DNA of 64,000 nucleotides from Desulfomonilia bacterium (GTDB lineage Bacteria; Desulfobacterota; Desulfomonilia; UBA1062): NCBI GenBank assembly GCA_963664325.2, contig CAXXDQ010000004.1:320001-384000 (forward strand). The letters run 5' to 3'. The notes under the pieces are model-generated. The model was not told the origin of the DNA and made no database searches. It was given only the letters and a program-made list of their open reading frames with translations. Made by a program: the position numbers and the translations under genes. This document shows positions 48,938-58,919 of this stretch, one piece after another. How positions within the stretch are numbered: the first letter of the stretch is position 1; each line of letters opens with the position of its first letter.

Positions 48938-50593
48938 ATGGGGAAGAAATGCCTTAAATGCGGCTATGTCCGAAACACCGGAGACCCCGGACCCCAAACC
49001 GAGTGCCCGCGCTGCGGAGTCATCTATGCAAGGGCAGAGGCAAGGCTTGGCCGTCAGACTGAACCGTCCCCCCTGGAAGCAACAGCAGAAAAACCTTCTC
49101 CCTGTTCCGCACCTGATATTGTCAGGGAGCTGGCCCTTCTTATAAAGTCGCATTACGGGCTGATATGGTTCAGAACGGCTGAAGAGGAACGTGCGGAAAG
49201 CCTGCTCTCCCATCTTGCGGACTCTATGGGTCTCAAACTTTTTACATGGACGCTGACGCAGGGCATAAAGCGCACGGACCTTGACGGCCCGGTTTACATG
49301 ACCACGGAACCCAAGGCCGCCCTGGACCATGTCATCAGTTCTGATTTCCCTGCGATCTATCTGTTCAATGGTCTCGGGTCTTTTCTGAATGATCCCGCCA
49401 TATCGGCCAGGCTGAGCGATGCAGCAAGAAAGTATTCATCAATGGAATCTTCAATCATCCTGACAGGGCCGGAGCTGCATATTCCCGAAGACCTCAAGCC
49501 TTATGCGGCTGAAATATCTGCACCGGCCGCTAAAAGGGAGGAATATTCCGAGCTCCTCAATAATATTATCCGCGACCTTAAAGCTAAAACAGAGATACGG
49601 GTGGAAATAACACAGGATGAATTGAACCGCCTGCTGAATAATCTGAAAGGGTTAACGCTTCTTGAGGCTGAAAAGGTTTTGACCAGGGCCATTATAGAAG
49701 ATGGCGGACTAAATGCAAAGGACATACAGCGGGTGATTGATGCAAAAAGGGCGGTTGTTGAGAGGGACGGTCTGCTGGAATATTTCCCTGCGGAGCACGG
49801 GATGTCCGAGATCGCCGATATGGCCAGCCTGAAGGACTGGCTCAACAAGCGGAGAATGATAATAACAGAGCCTGAAAGGGCCACTTCTTTCGGGCTCACC
49901 TTTCCAAAAGGGATACTGCTGCTCGGTGTGCCGGGCTCGGGGAAAAGCCTCTGCGCCAAGGCCGTTTCAATGGAATGGGGCCTGCCGCTATTAAAAATGG
50001 ACCCGTCCAATCTTTACAACAAGTATATCGGAGAGAGCGAGCGCAACTTTAAAAGGGCTATGGAAACGGCAGAAAGGATGGCGCCGGTCATACTCTGGAT
50101 CGACGAAATCGAAAAGGCCTTCGCCTCTGGCGGCAGCGAGGACGGCGGTGTATCCCAGCGGGTTCTGGGGACATTCCTTTCGTGGATGCAGGATCGAAAA
50201 GGCGATGTATTTGTCGTGGCAACGGCGAATGATGTGGAAAAGCTGCCTCCCGAATTCCTGCGTAAAGGCCGTTTCGATGAGGTGTTCTTCGTAGACCTGC
50301 CCAATGCCGAGAGCAGGGCCGCCATTTTCTCCATCCACCTCAGGAAACGCGGGAAAGATTCTGTAAAATTCAATATACAGGCCCTGGCCAAGGCCTCGGA
50401 AGGATTCAGCGGGGCCGAGATCGAGCAGGTGGTGGTATCCGGGCTTTACGGGGCCTTTTCAGCAAATTGCGATCTTACTAACGATATGCTCCTTTCGGAA
50501 ATCAACAGGACTAGGCCCCTGTCCATAACACGCGCCGAGCAGATTGAAAGCCTCAGGGAATGGGCGTCGGAAAGGACCATCAGTGCGCAGTAG
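48938..50593 (+). CDS. AAA+ ATPase (Ycf46-like) with N-terminal zinc ribbon
   Basis: CLKC..CPRC at the N-terminus; GVPGSGKS, WIDEIEK, ATAN..LPPEFLRKGRFDE. Confidence 0.88.
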   Translation: MGKKCLKCGYVRNTGDPGPQTECPRCGVIYARAEARLGRQTEPSPLEATAEKPSPCSAPDIVRELALLIKSHYGLIWFRTAEEERAESLLSHLADSMGLKLFTWTLTQGIKRTDLDGPVYMTTEPKAALDHVISSDFPAIYLFNGLGSFLNDPAISARLSDAARKYSSMESSIILTGPELHIPEDLKPYAAEISAPAAKREEYSELLNNIIRDLKAKTEIRVEITQDELNRLLNNLKGLTLLEAEKVLTRAIIEDGGLNAKDIQRVIDAKRAVVERDGLLEYFPAEHGMSEIADMASLKDWLNKRRMIITEPERATSFGLTFPKGILLLGVPGSGKSLCAKAVSMEWGLPLLKMDPSNLYNKYIGESERNFKRAMETAERMAPVILWIDEIEKAFASGGSEDGGVSQRVLGTFLSWMQDRKGDVFVVATANDVEKLPPEFLRKGRFDEVFFVDLPNAESRAAIFSIHLRKRGKDSVKFNIQALAKASEGFSGAEIEQVVVSGLYGAFSANCDLTNDMLLSEINRTRPLSITRAEQIESLREWASERTISAQ

Positions 50594-50635
50594 CCAGGCT
50601 ATTAAAGTCAGCCGGATGAAGCAAAGGGCAGCCAC

Positions 50636-51358
50636 ATGAAAGCAGAACTTGTCATTGCTCGACTAAAAGCCCGGGCCAATCCGGCCAATGCGGCAGGCAT
50701 GGCACGCTACGGGATAAACCCCGAAGGTGTTCTTCTTGGCGTTTCAATGCCGGAGCTCAGGACAATGGCAAAGGAGATAGGAATCGATCACGAACTTGCC
50801 CTGGCCCTGTGGGACTGTGGAATTCATGAAGCAAGAATCCTGGCCTCGCTTGTTGACGATTACAGGGAAGTGACATTAAAACAGATGGAAAGATGGGCCT
50901 TGAATTTCAATTCCTGGGACCTATGCGATCAGGTCTGTTCGAATCTTTTTCAGAAAACGCCTTTTGCAGTTCAAAAAGCCCTGGACTGGAGCAAAAGGGA
51001 AGAGGTCTTTGTCAAACGGGCAGGTTTTGTCCTTATGGCCAGGATTGCAGTGGCGGACAAAAAGGCGACTGATGAACTGTTCGAACAATTTTATCCAGCC
51101 ATAATCAGTGAATCAGGCGATGACAGGCCGATGGTCAGAAAGGCGGTCAACTGGGCTATCCGCCAGATAGGAAAACGCAATCTGGATCTTAACAGCAGGG
51201 CTGTCGAGGTTTCTCATAAGATACGCTTATCGGGTACAAGAGCCGGCAGATGGATAGCCGCCGATGCCTTGCGTGAACTCACGAGCACCGGCGTTCAAGA
51301 CAGGCTGGTTAAAAAGTCCAAAGGTCTTACCGGTAATTGCCGGGCTTCAAACAGATAA
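50636..51358 (+). CDS. DNA alkylation repair enzyme (AlkD-like)
   Basis: GVSMPELR, SWDLCD, VRKAVNWAIRQIGKRN. Confidence 0.88.
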   Translation: MKAELVIARLKARANPANAAGMARYGINPEGVLLGVSMPELRTMAKEIGIDHELALALWDCGIHEARILASLVDDYREVTLKQMERWALNFNSWDLCDQVCSNLFQKTPFAVQKALDWSKREEVFVKRAGFVLMARIAVADKKATDELFEQFYPAIISESGDDRPMVRKAVNWAIRQIGKRNLDLNSRAVEVSHKIRLSGTRAGRWIAADALRELTSTGVQDRLVKKSKGLTGNCRASNR

Positions 51359-51515
51359 TAACTTTTGGTTTCAGATTTCCGATATGCACCTCGCCGGCTG
51401 AGACACGGCCTTCTTTTTCCCGGCAGTTTGTGCAGGGGTGTTTGGTTAAGGATTGACATGCAAATCCCTTCCTCATATCGTTTTTATGAAACTCTGATCT
51501 CTATCAGGAGGGCTT

Positions 51516-53045
51516 ATGAAGAAGATCTCTAGAAGGGATTTTATTGCCTTGTCGGCAACAACAGTCGGGATGACGGTCGCAGGAGGAGCAGGGCAGGCCA
51601 TAGGGGAAACAGCACCAGCTGCACCGGTCATGGACGGAAGCCAGATCAAAGAGGGTCCGCGATCTATCCCTGTGATGGCGGAGTGCGATGTCCTGGTGGT
51701 CGGAAGCGGCCCGGCCGGCCTGTCTGCGGCGCTGGCTGCGGCCAAGGAAGGAGCCAGCATTGTAATTGTCGAACGTTACGGCTTTTTCGGCGGTGTTATT
51801 ACGCAGGTGAACATGGGCTCCATTGCCTGGTACCGGTATGCGCATACGGTTGACGCAGGCGGGATTATGAAGGTATTCGAAACCAGGGCCAAGGAAATGG
51901 GGGCGAGCATCGATCCATTCGCCTACCTGAAGAAGATACCGTTTGCAACAGGTGTCCTCGAGAAAGAAGGCCTGCTTGTCAATGGTGTTCCCACCTATGA
52001 GATCCTGGATACTGAGATGTTTAAATATGTAGCAGACACACTTCTGCTGGAAGCTGGTGTCGTCCCTGTCCTGCATTGTTTTGCCGTTGGCGCGGTTATG
52101 GATGGCAATGTCATCCAGGGAGTAATTACCGAGAGCAAGTCGGGCAGGCAGGCGATTCTGGCCAAGCGCGTCATCGACGCCACTGGCGATGCCGATATTG
52201 CCAATTTTGCCGGCGCACCTTTCCGCAAGAGTCCGAAAAACGAGCTTATGGAAGTCACCACGAATTTCAGCTGTACCAATGTCAATCTGCGTTCATTAAT
52301 GATAGATTCCCTTTTGCATACCGGCAAAATGAAGGACTGGGCTTATGAGACCTCGGGAAAGGAAGACGAAATGGCCAGCACTGCCCTGGTTAAGCCTTTT
52401 GAAGAAGCCAAGAAGGCCGGTGAAATCCCTAAAGACTGGGACGTGCGATCCTATTGGAATGGCATGCGGCCGGACGAGGAAATCCTGTCAATGGACGCCG
52501 TGCACATGACCGGTATAGATTCAACCGATGTGTGGGACCTGACCAGGGCGGAAATGGAGGGCCGGAAGCGGTCCATCAAGGTTATGGCGGCCTTGAAAAA
52601 ATATCAGCCCGGATTCTCCAAGGCCCGGATCAGGAACTTCGGAACATCGCTCGGAACCAGGGAGTCGCGTAAGATCATAGGGGCCTGCACCATCACTGAA
52701 CACGATATAAAAAACCAGGCGCGTTTCGCCGATTCCATTGGTGTCTGCCCGGAATTCATCGATGGGTTCAACGTCCTGTACATACCTACCACCGGAAGGT
52801 ATTTCCAGGTGCCTTACGGCATTATCCTGCCGCAGGGGGTCGAGAATCTGCTGGTTGCCGGCCGGTGCGTCGCCGGGGACAGGGTCTCACATGCCGCTAC
52901 GCGCCAGATGGTCTGCTGCATGGTCACAGGACAGGGGGCGGGTGTGGCTGCGGCTGTATCCCTCAGAGACAAGGTGACCTGCAGACAGGTCTCCATTGCT
53001 GAAGTCCAGGACCGCCTCAAGAAGCAGAACGTAAGGATAGCTTAA
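51516..53045 (+). CDS. FAD-dependent oxidoreductase with a Tat signal peptide
   Basis: SRRDFI twin-Arg; DVLVVGSGPAG, IDATGDAD, RESRKI, NLLVAGRC. Confidence 0.85.
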   Translation: MKKISRRDFIALSATTVGMTVAGGAGQAIGETAPAAPVMDGSQIKEGPRSIPVMAECDVLVVGSGPAGLSAALAAAKEGASIVIVERYGFFGGVITQVNMGSIAWYRYAHTVDAGGIMKVFETRAKEMGASIDPFAYLKKIPFATGVLEKEGLLVNGVPTYEILDTEMFKYVADTLLLEAGVVPVLHCFAVGAVMDGNVIQGVITESKSGRQAILAKRVIDATGDADIANFAGAPFRKSPKNELMEVTTNFSCTNVNLRSLMIDSLLHTGKMKDWAYETSGKEDEMASTALVKPFEEAKKAGEIPKDWDVRSYWNGMRPDEEILSMDAVHMTGIDSTDVWDLTRAEMEGRKRSIKVMAALKKYQPGFSKARIRNFGTSLGTRESRKIIGACTITEHDIKNQARFADSIGVCPEFIDGFNVLYIPTTGRYFQVPYGIILPQGVENLLVAGRCVAGDRVSHAATRQMVCCMVTGQGAGVAAAVSLRDKVTCRQVSIAEVQDRLKKQNVRIA

Positions 53046-53157
53046 TAGTAAAATATTAAGGTTCAAGTAGTAAAAAAAAGGCAATAGTCAAAAGCGCTTA
53101 ATGGATCGGTTATACATTTGCAATACCAGATTGCAGCCAACAAACAGAGCATATATT

Positions 53158-53862
53158 CTAAAACTTGAAGTTGTCTTTGACTTTATTCAATTCCTGCCTG
53201 GCATATTCAAGGGGAATAAGATAACTTATCCAGTTTCGCAATATCAGAACATCAATCGAAACCGCCATTACAGTACCGCCCACAACATCCCACAGAACAT
53301 GCTGCTTGGTGAGCAGGGTTGATAAAACTGTAAGAACCGCAATAACAACACAGCCCCAGCCAAGAAAACGGCTTTCCCTGAAAACACAAAAAGTGGCCAG
53401 CAGCGTCAAGCCAACATGCATGCTGGGAAAACCGCACACTGGATTATCAATCCAGTCGAGCTGGGAAAAAGCCCATCCGGTGAAGCCGGCCGGAATGTCA
53501 TATGATCTCGGGACACTTACAGGGAAAAGGACAAATATGGTTGCCGAGGTTATTATCAACAGCGCACAGCCGACAACCGTTCTGAAATAAAGCGTCCGGT
53601 TTTCACATATAAGCGACGGAAGCATGGAGAATACATAAATAAAGGAATAGGGATAAATAAAATAGGGCATGAATGGAAGTGCCCTGTCAACCGGTGTGGA
53701 TATATCGTGACAGGTCCTCATATCAATATAACGGTTGGCTGCCAGATAAGCAATGCAAAACAGCAGATACATCGATACCGTACAAACAAGCCTTTCCTTA
53801 ATGCTTATGCCTGTCTGCAGATGATCAATAAATTTATTGAATCTGCTCAACAATGCATTCAC
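53158..53862 (-). CDS. PAP2-superfamily membrane phosphoesterase/phosphotransferase
   Basis: FPSMHV and TKQHVLWDV motifs, multiple TM helices. Confidence 0.82.
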   Translation of the reverse strand: MNALLSRFNKFIDHLQTGISIKERLVCTVSMYLLFCIAYLAANRYIDMRTCHDISTPVDRALPFMPYFIYPYSFIYVFSMLPSLICENRTLYFRTVVGCALLIITSATIFVLFPVSVPRSYDIPAGFTGWAFSQLDWIDNPVCGFPSMHVGLTLLATFCVFRESRFLGWGCVVIAVLTVLSTLLTKQHVLWDVVGGTVMAVSIDVLILRNWISYLIPLEYARQELNKVKDNFKF

Positions 53863-54022
53863 TTAAGTTCCTCCAAATAAAATGTAATTAAATTAATACG
53901 TAATAGTATCCAAAATTCGGGTGTTGTTGTCCAGAGGGAATTTTTTGGGCATTGTAGCCCTTGATGAAGATGGGCATTGAGTATACTTAATTATAATTAT
54001 TTAAATCCGGGGGAAATCACAA

Positions 54023-55285
54023 ATGGACAGAATCTTATTTCCGCAAAATTTTATGTGGGGCACGGCAGCATCTGCATATCAGACAGAAGGAGGAAATTTC
54101 AACAACGACTGGTATTTTATGGAAAAGCTGGACATGAGGAAACCGTTTTCGGAAAGGAAATTCAAGGAGCCCTGCGGTAATGCCTGTGATCACTGGAACC
54201 TATACGAAGAAGACTATGATCTTGCCCGAAAACTGGGGGTGATGATACACCGTCCATCCATAGAATGGTCAAGGGTGATACCGGCAGAGGGAAAAGTGGA
54301 TGAAACCGCCATAGCCCATTACAGGAAGATCCTTGAATCCTTGAAAACCCGTGGCATTAAAGTCATGCTCTGCCTGCATCATTTCACTATCCCCATATGG
54401 GTAATGGCTTACGGGGGATTTGAGAACCGCTCCGTTTTCATGAAGCATTTCAGGGAGTACCTAAATGTAATTGTAAGTTCGGTCGGCGACCTTGTCGATT
54501 ACTGGCTGCCGATCAACGAGCCGAATGTAGTGCCTCTGGGCGGTTATTTCGCAGGAGAGTTCCCGCCATATAAAAAAAATCCTGTCACTTTTATCAAGGT
54601 CTACCGGACATTTTTCGATATGCATGCACGCTCATACCATATAATTAAAAAATATTTCCCTGATGCCCCTGTAGGAGTTGCCTTCGCCTTCATGCATTTC
54701 AGACCCTTTAACCCTGATAGTAGAATAGACCGTATTGGCGCAAGATTTGCCGATCTTACGGCCAACCTGAGGTTTTTCGAGGGGGTCAAAACCGGAAAAA
54801 TCGGGCCGCCTCTGGGTTTTTGTGATGAAATTCAGGGGCTGAAAGGGGCAATGGATTTTATAGGGCTTAATTATTACAGTTCGAGTTATCAAAAAGGGTT
54901 AACAAACATCCAGTCTAAACCCGGGGATATGGTAACTGATATGGGTTGGGTAATTTATCCCGAAGGTATCTATGACTGTCTTCTTTATCTCGGGAATGAA
55001 GTCCGGTTGCCTGTGATAGTCACTGAAAACGGCATAGGAACAACTGATGAATCCCAGAGGATTTTCTGTATGAATGCACATATCAGGCAGGTTCACAGGG
55101 CAATAAAAAATGGTGTTCCTGTAAAAGGCTATATGTGCTGGTCGCTTACCGACAATTACGAATGGGACAAAGGCTATTCCATGAGATTCGGCCTGATCAA
55201 CATAGATTTCGCCACACAAAAACGTACAATTAAAGAGGGCGGTATATGGTATTCTAAGGTAATAGCAAGGAACGGACTTGAATAA
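54023..55285 (+). CDS. Glycoside hydrolase family 1 (beta-glycosidase)
   Basis: FMWGTAASAYQTEG, INEP (acid/base), VTENG (nucleophile), WSLTDNYEW. Confidence 0.93.
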   Translation: MDRILFPQNFMWGTAASAYQTEGGNFNNDWYFMEKLDMRKPFSERKFKEPCGNACDHWNLYEEDYDLARKLGVMIHRPSIEWSRVIPAEGKVDETAIAHYRKILESLKTRGIKVMLCLHHFTIPIWVMAYGGFENRSVFMKHFREYLNVIVSSVGDLVDYWLPINEPNVVPLGGYFAGEFPPYKKNPVTFIKVYRTFFDMHARSYHIIKKYFPDAPVGVAFAFMHFRPFNPDSRIDRIGARFADLTANLRFFEGVKTGKIGPPLGFCDEIQGLKGAMDFIGLNYYSSSYQKGLTNIQSKPGDMVTDMGWVIYPEGIYDCLLYLGNEVRLPVIVTENGIGTTDESQRIFCMNAHIRQVHRAIKNGVPVKGYMCWSLTDNYEWDKGYSMRFGLINIDFATQKRTIKEGGIWYSKVIARNGLE

Positions 55286-55346
55286 TTGAGAGGCCTTGAC
55301 AAAATTAATCTGCGGCACTACTCAAAGCTCACGAAAGGAGAGGCTC

Positions 55347-55541
55347 ATGCCCATCTATGAATACAGATGTAAAAAATGCAGTAATGATTTCGAGAAGCTA
55401 GTCTCGCTGAGCAATAAAGATAAGATTATATGCCCTAAATGTGGCGCTGAAGACGTGGCAAAGAAGATGTCCATGACCGCATCAGGAAAGTCCGGTTGCG
55501 GGACCTGCTCGTCTACCTCATGCGGTCCGTCCTGAGGATAA
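55347..55541 (+). CDS. FmdB-family zinc-ribbon protein, probably a selenoprotein (UGA 55533-55535 read as Sec, C-terminus ..CGPS-U-G)
   Basis: MPIYEYRCKKC..CPKCG; GGAGAGG RBS; TGA-GGA-TAA followed by a SECIS-like hairpin. If TGA is a stop the CDS ends at 55535. Confidence 0.75.
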
Positions 55542-55546
55542 AACGG

Positions 55547-55565
55547 TCAGCGCGGTCAGCGCTGA
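55547..55565 (+). promoter_or_regulatory. Candidate bacterial SECIS element
   Basis: TCAGCGC-GGTCA-GCGCTGA, a 7-bp stem beginning after an 11-nt spacer from the UGA, with a G-initiated loop. Confidence 0.6.
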
Positions 55566-55577
55566 ATGATAAAAAAT

Positions 55578-55607
55578 GAAGAGGGCCGGATTATCGGCCC
55601 TTTCTTT
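55578..55607. terminator. Probable bidirectional intrinsic terminator between the FmdB-like gene and purA
   Basis: AGGGCCG-GATTAT-CGGCCCT flanked by A-rich and T-rich tracts. Confidence 0.7.
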
Positions 55608-56884
55608 CAGATCAAATTCTCAACAATTATTGTTTGATCGCGCTTTGGCCCGGTTGATATTATTGCAGCCTTAACGCCCAGTTTTTTCTCGATATATACA
55701 ATGTATGCTTTGCAGTTTGCCGGAAGATCTTCAAATTTCTTGATGTCCGAAAGATTTTCTTCCCATCCAGGAAGTTCATCATACATTATTTCAATCTCAG
55801 GATAAAGCTCCAGGTCGGCAGGCATGCTTTCCATTACCGTGCCCCCTGATTTGTAGGCAGTGGCTACTTTTAAAGTATCGAGACCAGAGAGGACATCAAG
55901 CTTTGTTATTGCGATATGGCTTATGGAACTCAGGCGAATGGTATGCCTTAACGCTACAAGGTCAAGCCAGCCGCATCTTCTCGGCCTGCCGGTTGTTGCT
56001 CCGTATTCCCCGCCAAAGGCGCGCAGCCTTTCTCCCAGATCGTCCGTGAGCTCCGTCGGGAACGGTCCGCCGCCAACCCTTGTCGTATATGCCTTGCATA
56101 TACCAAGGACAGTACTTATCTTTGTGGGTCCGATACCTGAACCGGTACACGCGGCCCCTGCAATCGTATTTGAAGATGTGACATACGGATATGTACCGAA
56201 GTCCATGTCCAGATTGCCTCCTTGCGCACCTTCAAACAAAAGACTTTTGCCTGCCCTGACCGCATTATCAATCAGGATTGACGCGTCGGCAACAAACGGT
56301 TTCAGCCGTTCTCCCAATATTGTATGCTTCTCGATTATCTCGTTTTTGTCCGGGGCTTTTGCTTTAAGAATTTTCGTTATATATTCCTGGCGTTCTTCCC
56401 AGAAGCTATCGATTTTATTCTTTAAGAGTTCGGGGTGGATAAGATCAATCACCCGTATACCGGTTCTTCGGGCCTTGTCTTCATAGGCAGGCCCGATCCC
56501 CCTGCCCGTCGTACCAATACGGGCTGCATCCCGGGCATGGTCTATAACCTTATGATAGGGCATGATAACATGCGCACGGTCGCTGATTGCTACTGTATCT
56601 GGTGTAACCGTATGCCCTTTTAACCTCAGTGCCTCTATTTCACCAAGAAGGATTTCGGGGTCCAGTACGACACCGGAACCGATTATACATAGCTTGCCTT
56701 TATGAAGTATGCCTGAAGGTACAAGGTGGAGTACGACCTTGTTGTCACCTATTACCAAGGTATGACCTGCATTGTTTCCGCCCTGGAATCGTATGATGAG
56801 GTCGGCCTTTTCCGTAAGGAGATCAACGACCTTTCCCTTGCCCTCATCTCCCCACTGAGCACCGACAACTACTAAGTTTGCCAT
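55607..56884 (-). CDS. purA: Adenylosuccinate synthetase
   Basis: GAQWGDEGKGK, GGNNAGHT, GTYPYVTSS, GATTGRPRRCGW. Confidence 0.97.
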   Translation of the reverse strand: MANLVVVGAQWGDEGKGKVVDLLTEKADLIIRFQGGNNAGHTLVIGDNKVVLHLVPSGILHKGKLCIIGSGVVLDPEILLGEIEALRLKGHTVTPDTVAISDRAHVIMPYHKVIDHARDAARIGTTGRGIGPAYEDKARRTGIRVIDLIHPELLKNKIDSFWEERQEYITKILKAKAPDKNEIIEKHTILGERLKPFVADASILIDNAVRAGKSLLFEGAQGGNLDMDFGTYPYVTSSNTIAGAACTGSGIGPTKISTVLGICKAYTTRVGGGPFPTELTDDLGERLRAFGGEYGATTGRPRRCGWLDLVALRHTIRLSSISHIAITKLDVLSGLDTLKVATAYKSGGTVMESMPADLELYPEIEIMYDELPGWEENLSDIKKFEDLPANCKAYIVYIEKKLGVKAAIISTGPKRDQTIIVENLI

Positions 56885-56898
56885 GTTATATTCTCCTG

Positions 56899-58473
56899 TC
56901 AGATTGTAACCTTCTGAACCGATAGGGTATTTGAAACCTTCCTGATCTTTTCAGCCAACGTCTCCGAAACTTCTGCATCCAGATTGATAATTAATATTGC
57001 GGTACCTTTCTTTTTATCCCTGCCAAGGAAAAGCCGTGCAATATTGATCTTTTCCTCTCCCAGTGTGGTGGCAATCCTTCCTACTGTCCCGGGCAGATCT
57101 TTATTGTAGATTACAAGCATATTTCCTTCCGGTGTGACCTCAATAGGATAATTATCAATCTTTACTATTCTCAGATCGTCAGTTGTAAAGACGGCACCTG
57201 CCAGGTAACGTTTACCTGTATCAAGCTGAACCACAAGTTCAATGGTATTTGTGAATATTTCTTCCTTTTCTGTTTTCGATTCCACAACTTCTATGCCTCT
57301 GTCTTTGGCAATAACCGGGGCGTTAATAAAGTTGACGTCATCCATTATGGCTGCAAACAACCCTTTGAGCATCGCAATTGTTACCGGTTTTGTCTCGATG
57401 ACGGAGGCAGCCCCGCAGTAATTGACCGTGACCTTGTGTATCCGGCCTGAAATGAGCTGGCCCATGAAAAGTCCCATTTTTTCTGCAAGCTCAATATAAG
57501 GCTTTACCTTGGGAAGCATTTCCGGGCCGACCGACGGCGCATTGACCGCATTCCTGATTACACCGTTGTTTAGATAATCGGAAATCTGCTCGGCAATGGC
57601 AATAGCAACGTTTTCTTGCGCCTCTTCCGTGGAGGCACCTAAATGCGGCGTGCATATTACCTTCGGGTGAAGAGCAAGGGACCAGTCTTCAGGCGGCTCT
57701 TTTTCGAATACATCAACAGCTGCTCCTGCTATCCTTCCTGAATCGAGCGCTTCAATAAGCGCCTTTTCATCAACAATACCACCTCTTGCACAATTAATAA
57801 GCATGACGCCCTTTTTCATTTTGGCAAAGGCTTCTTTTCCTACAAGTCCAGTCGTTTCCTTTGATTTCGGAGTATGAACCGAAATATAATCACTTTTTGA
57901 ATATAATGTATCAAGAGAAACAAGCTCAATTCCAAGGTTGTCTGCCGCTTCCTTCGATATGAACGGGTCGTAGGCGATGACATTCATTTTCAGCCCCTGA
58001 GCCCTTGTCGCAACAATTGTTCCAACCCTGCCTATTCCGATTATCCCCAGGGTTTTGTTAAAAACCTCGCGGCCTTCAAAACTCTTTTTGTCCCATTTTT
58101 GCGCTTTCATAGATGCAGTTGCCTGGGGTATAAATCTGGTAAGAGACATGAGCATGGCAATCGCATGCTCACCTGTCGTCACAGTATTACCGCCCGGAGT
58201 GTTCATGACAACAATACCCTGTTTGCTTGCAGCCTCTGTATCAATGTTGTCAACACCTGCCCCTGCGCGGCCGATTACCTTGAGTTTTTTGCCGGTTGCA
58301 ATTATATCCGCTGTCGCCTTAGTTGCTGACCGGACAACAAGTCCGTCATAGTCACCGATAATTTCTTTGAGTTCATCCGGTTTAAGGCCGGTCTTTACAT
58401 CAACCTTAAGCCCGCTCTGTTTAAGAATTTCTTCTCCTCGCGTGGAAAGTTTATCACTTACCAGGATTTTCAT
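56899..58473 (-). CDS. serA: D-3-phosphoglycerate dehydrogenase (long form with ASB/ACT domains)
   Basis: VVRSATK, GRAGAGVDNID, GIGRVG, INCARGG, TPHLGASTEEAQ; start MKILVSD at 58473. Confidence 0.95.
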   Translation of the reverse strand: MKILVSDKLSTRGEEILKQSGLKVDVKTGLKPDELKEIIGDYDGLVVRSATKATADIIATGKKLKVIGRAGAGVDNIDTEAASKQGIVVMNTPGGNTVTTGEHAIAMLMSLTRFIPQATASMKAQKWDKKSFEGREVFNKTLGIIGIGRVGTIVATRAQGLKMNVIAYDPFISKEAADNLGIELVSLDTLYSKSDYISVHTPKSKETTGLVGKEAFAKMKKGVMLINCARGGIVDEKALIEALDSGRIAGAAVDVFEKEPPEDWSLALHPKVICTPHLGASTEEAQENVAIAIAEQISDYLNNGVIRNAVNAPSVGPEMLPKVKPYIELAEKMGLFMGQLISGRIHKVTVNYCGAASVIETKPVTIAMLKGLFAAIMDDVNFINAPVIAKDRGIEVVESKTEKEEIFTNTIELVVQLDTGKRYLAGAVFTTDDLRIVKIDNYPIEVTPEGNMLVIYNKDLPGTVGRIATTLGEEKINIARLFLGRDKKKGTAILIINLDAEVSETLAEKIRKVSNTLSVQKVTI

Positions 58474-58632
58474 ATGGCACCCCCCTATGAAATTATAGAA
58501 AACCGTGGCACTTTTAACAAATGGGCTTGTGCGTGTCAACAATATAGAATTGTAAATTATATCTCTATATTATGCTTTTTCAGCCTCCCTAGTCGACCTG
58601 TTTTCTGTTAATATTGTTTAAAGAGTATAAAG

Positions 58633-58842
58633 ATGATGATTACAGAAAATGGCCGGATTTGCGAAAAGTGCGGGCTTCATAAAGCCCTTGTTTTATGTGA
58701 CGGTTGTTCGAAGGCCTTGTGTGAGAAATGCCGAATATTCGACCTGTGGAGCTACGGATGCGGCCACATCGACCCAAAGGCGTTCTGCAAGGAATGTCAT
58801 GACAATCCTGAAAAAAATCCCTGGGGAGGAAACCGCCCCTGA
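58633..58842 (+). CDS. Small Cys-rich putative zinc-binding protein
   Basis: CEKC, CDGC, CEKC, CGH, CKEC in 69 aa. Confidence 0.65.
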   Translation: MMITENGRICEKCGLHKALVLCDGCSKALCEKCRIFDLWSYGCGHIDPKAFCKECHDNPEKNPWGGNRP

Positions 58843-58919
58843 TAATAAATTTAAGGCAAGCTTGACATATCCCGATGTATCCCTATTAAGAACCATATAA
58901 TAATTATGCGGAGATAAAT

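Noticed and set aside
58840-58848. Sec readthrough of the TGA ending the Cys-rich small protein
   Set aside because: TGA is followed immediately by TAA TAA and there is no SECIS-like hairpin
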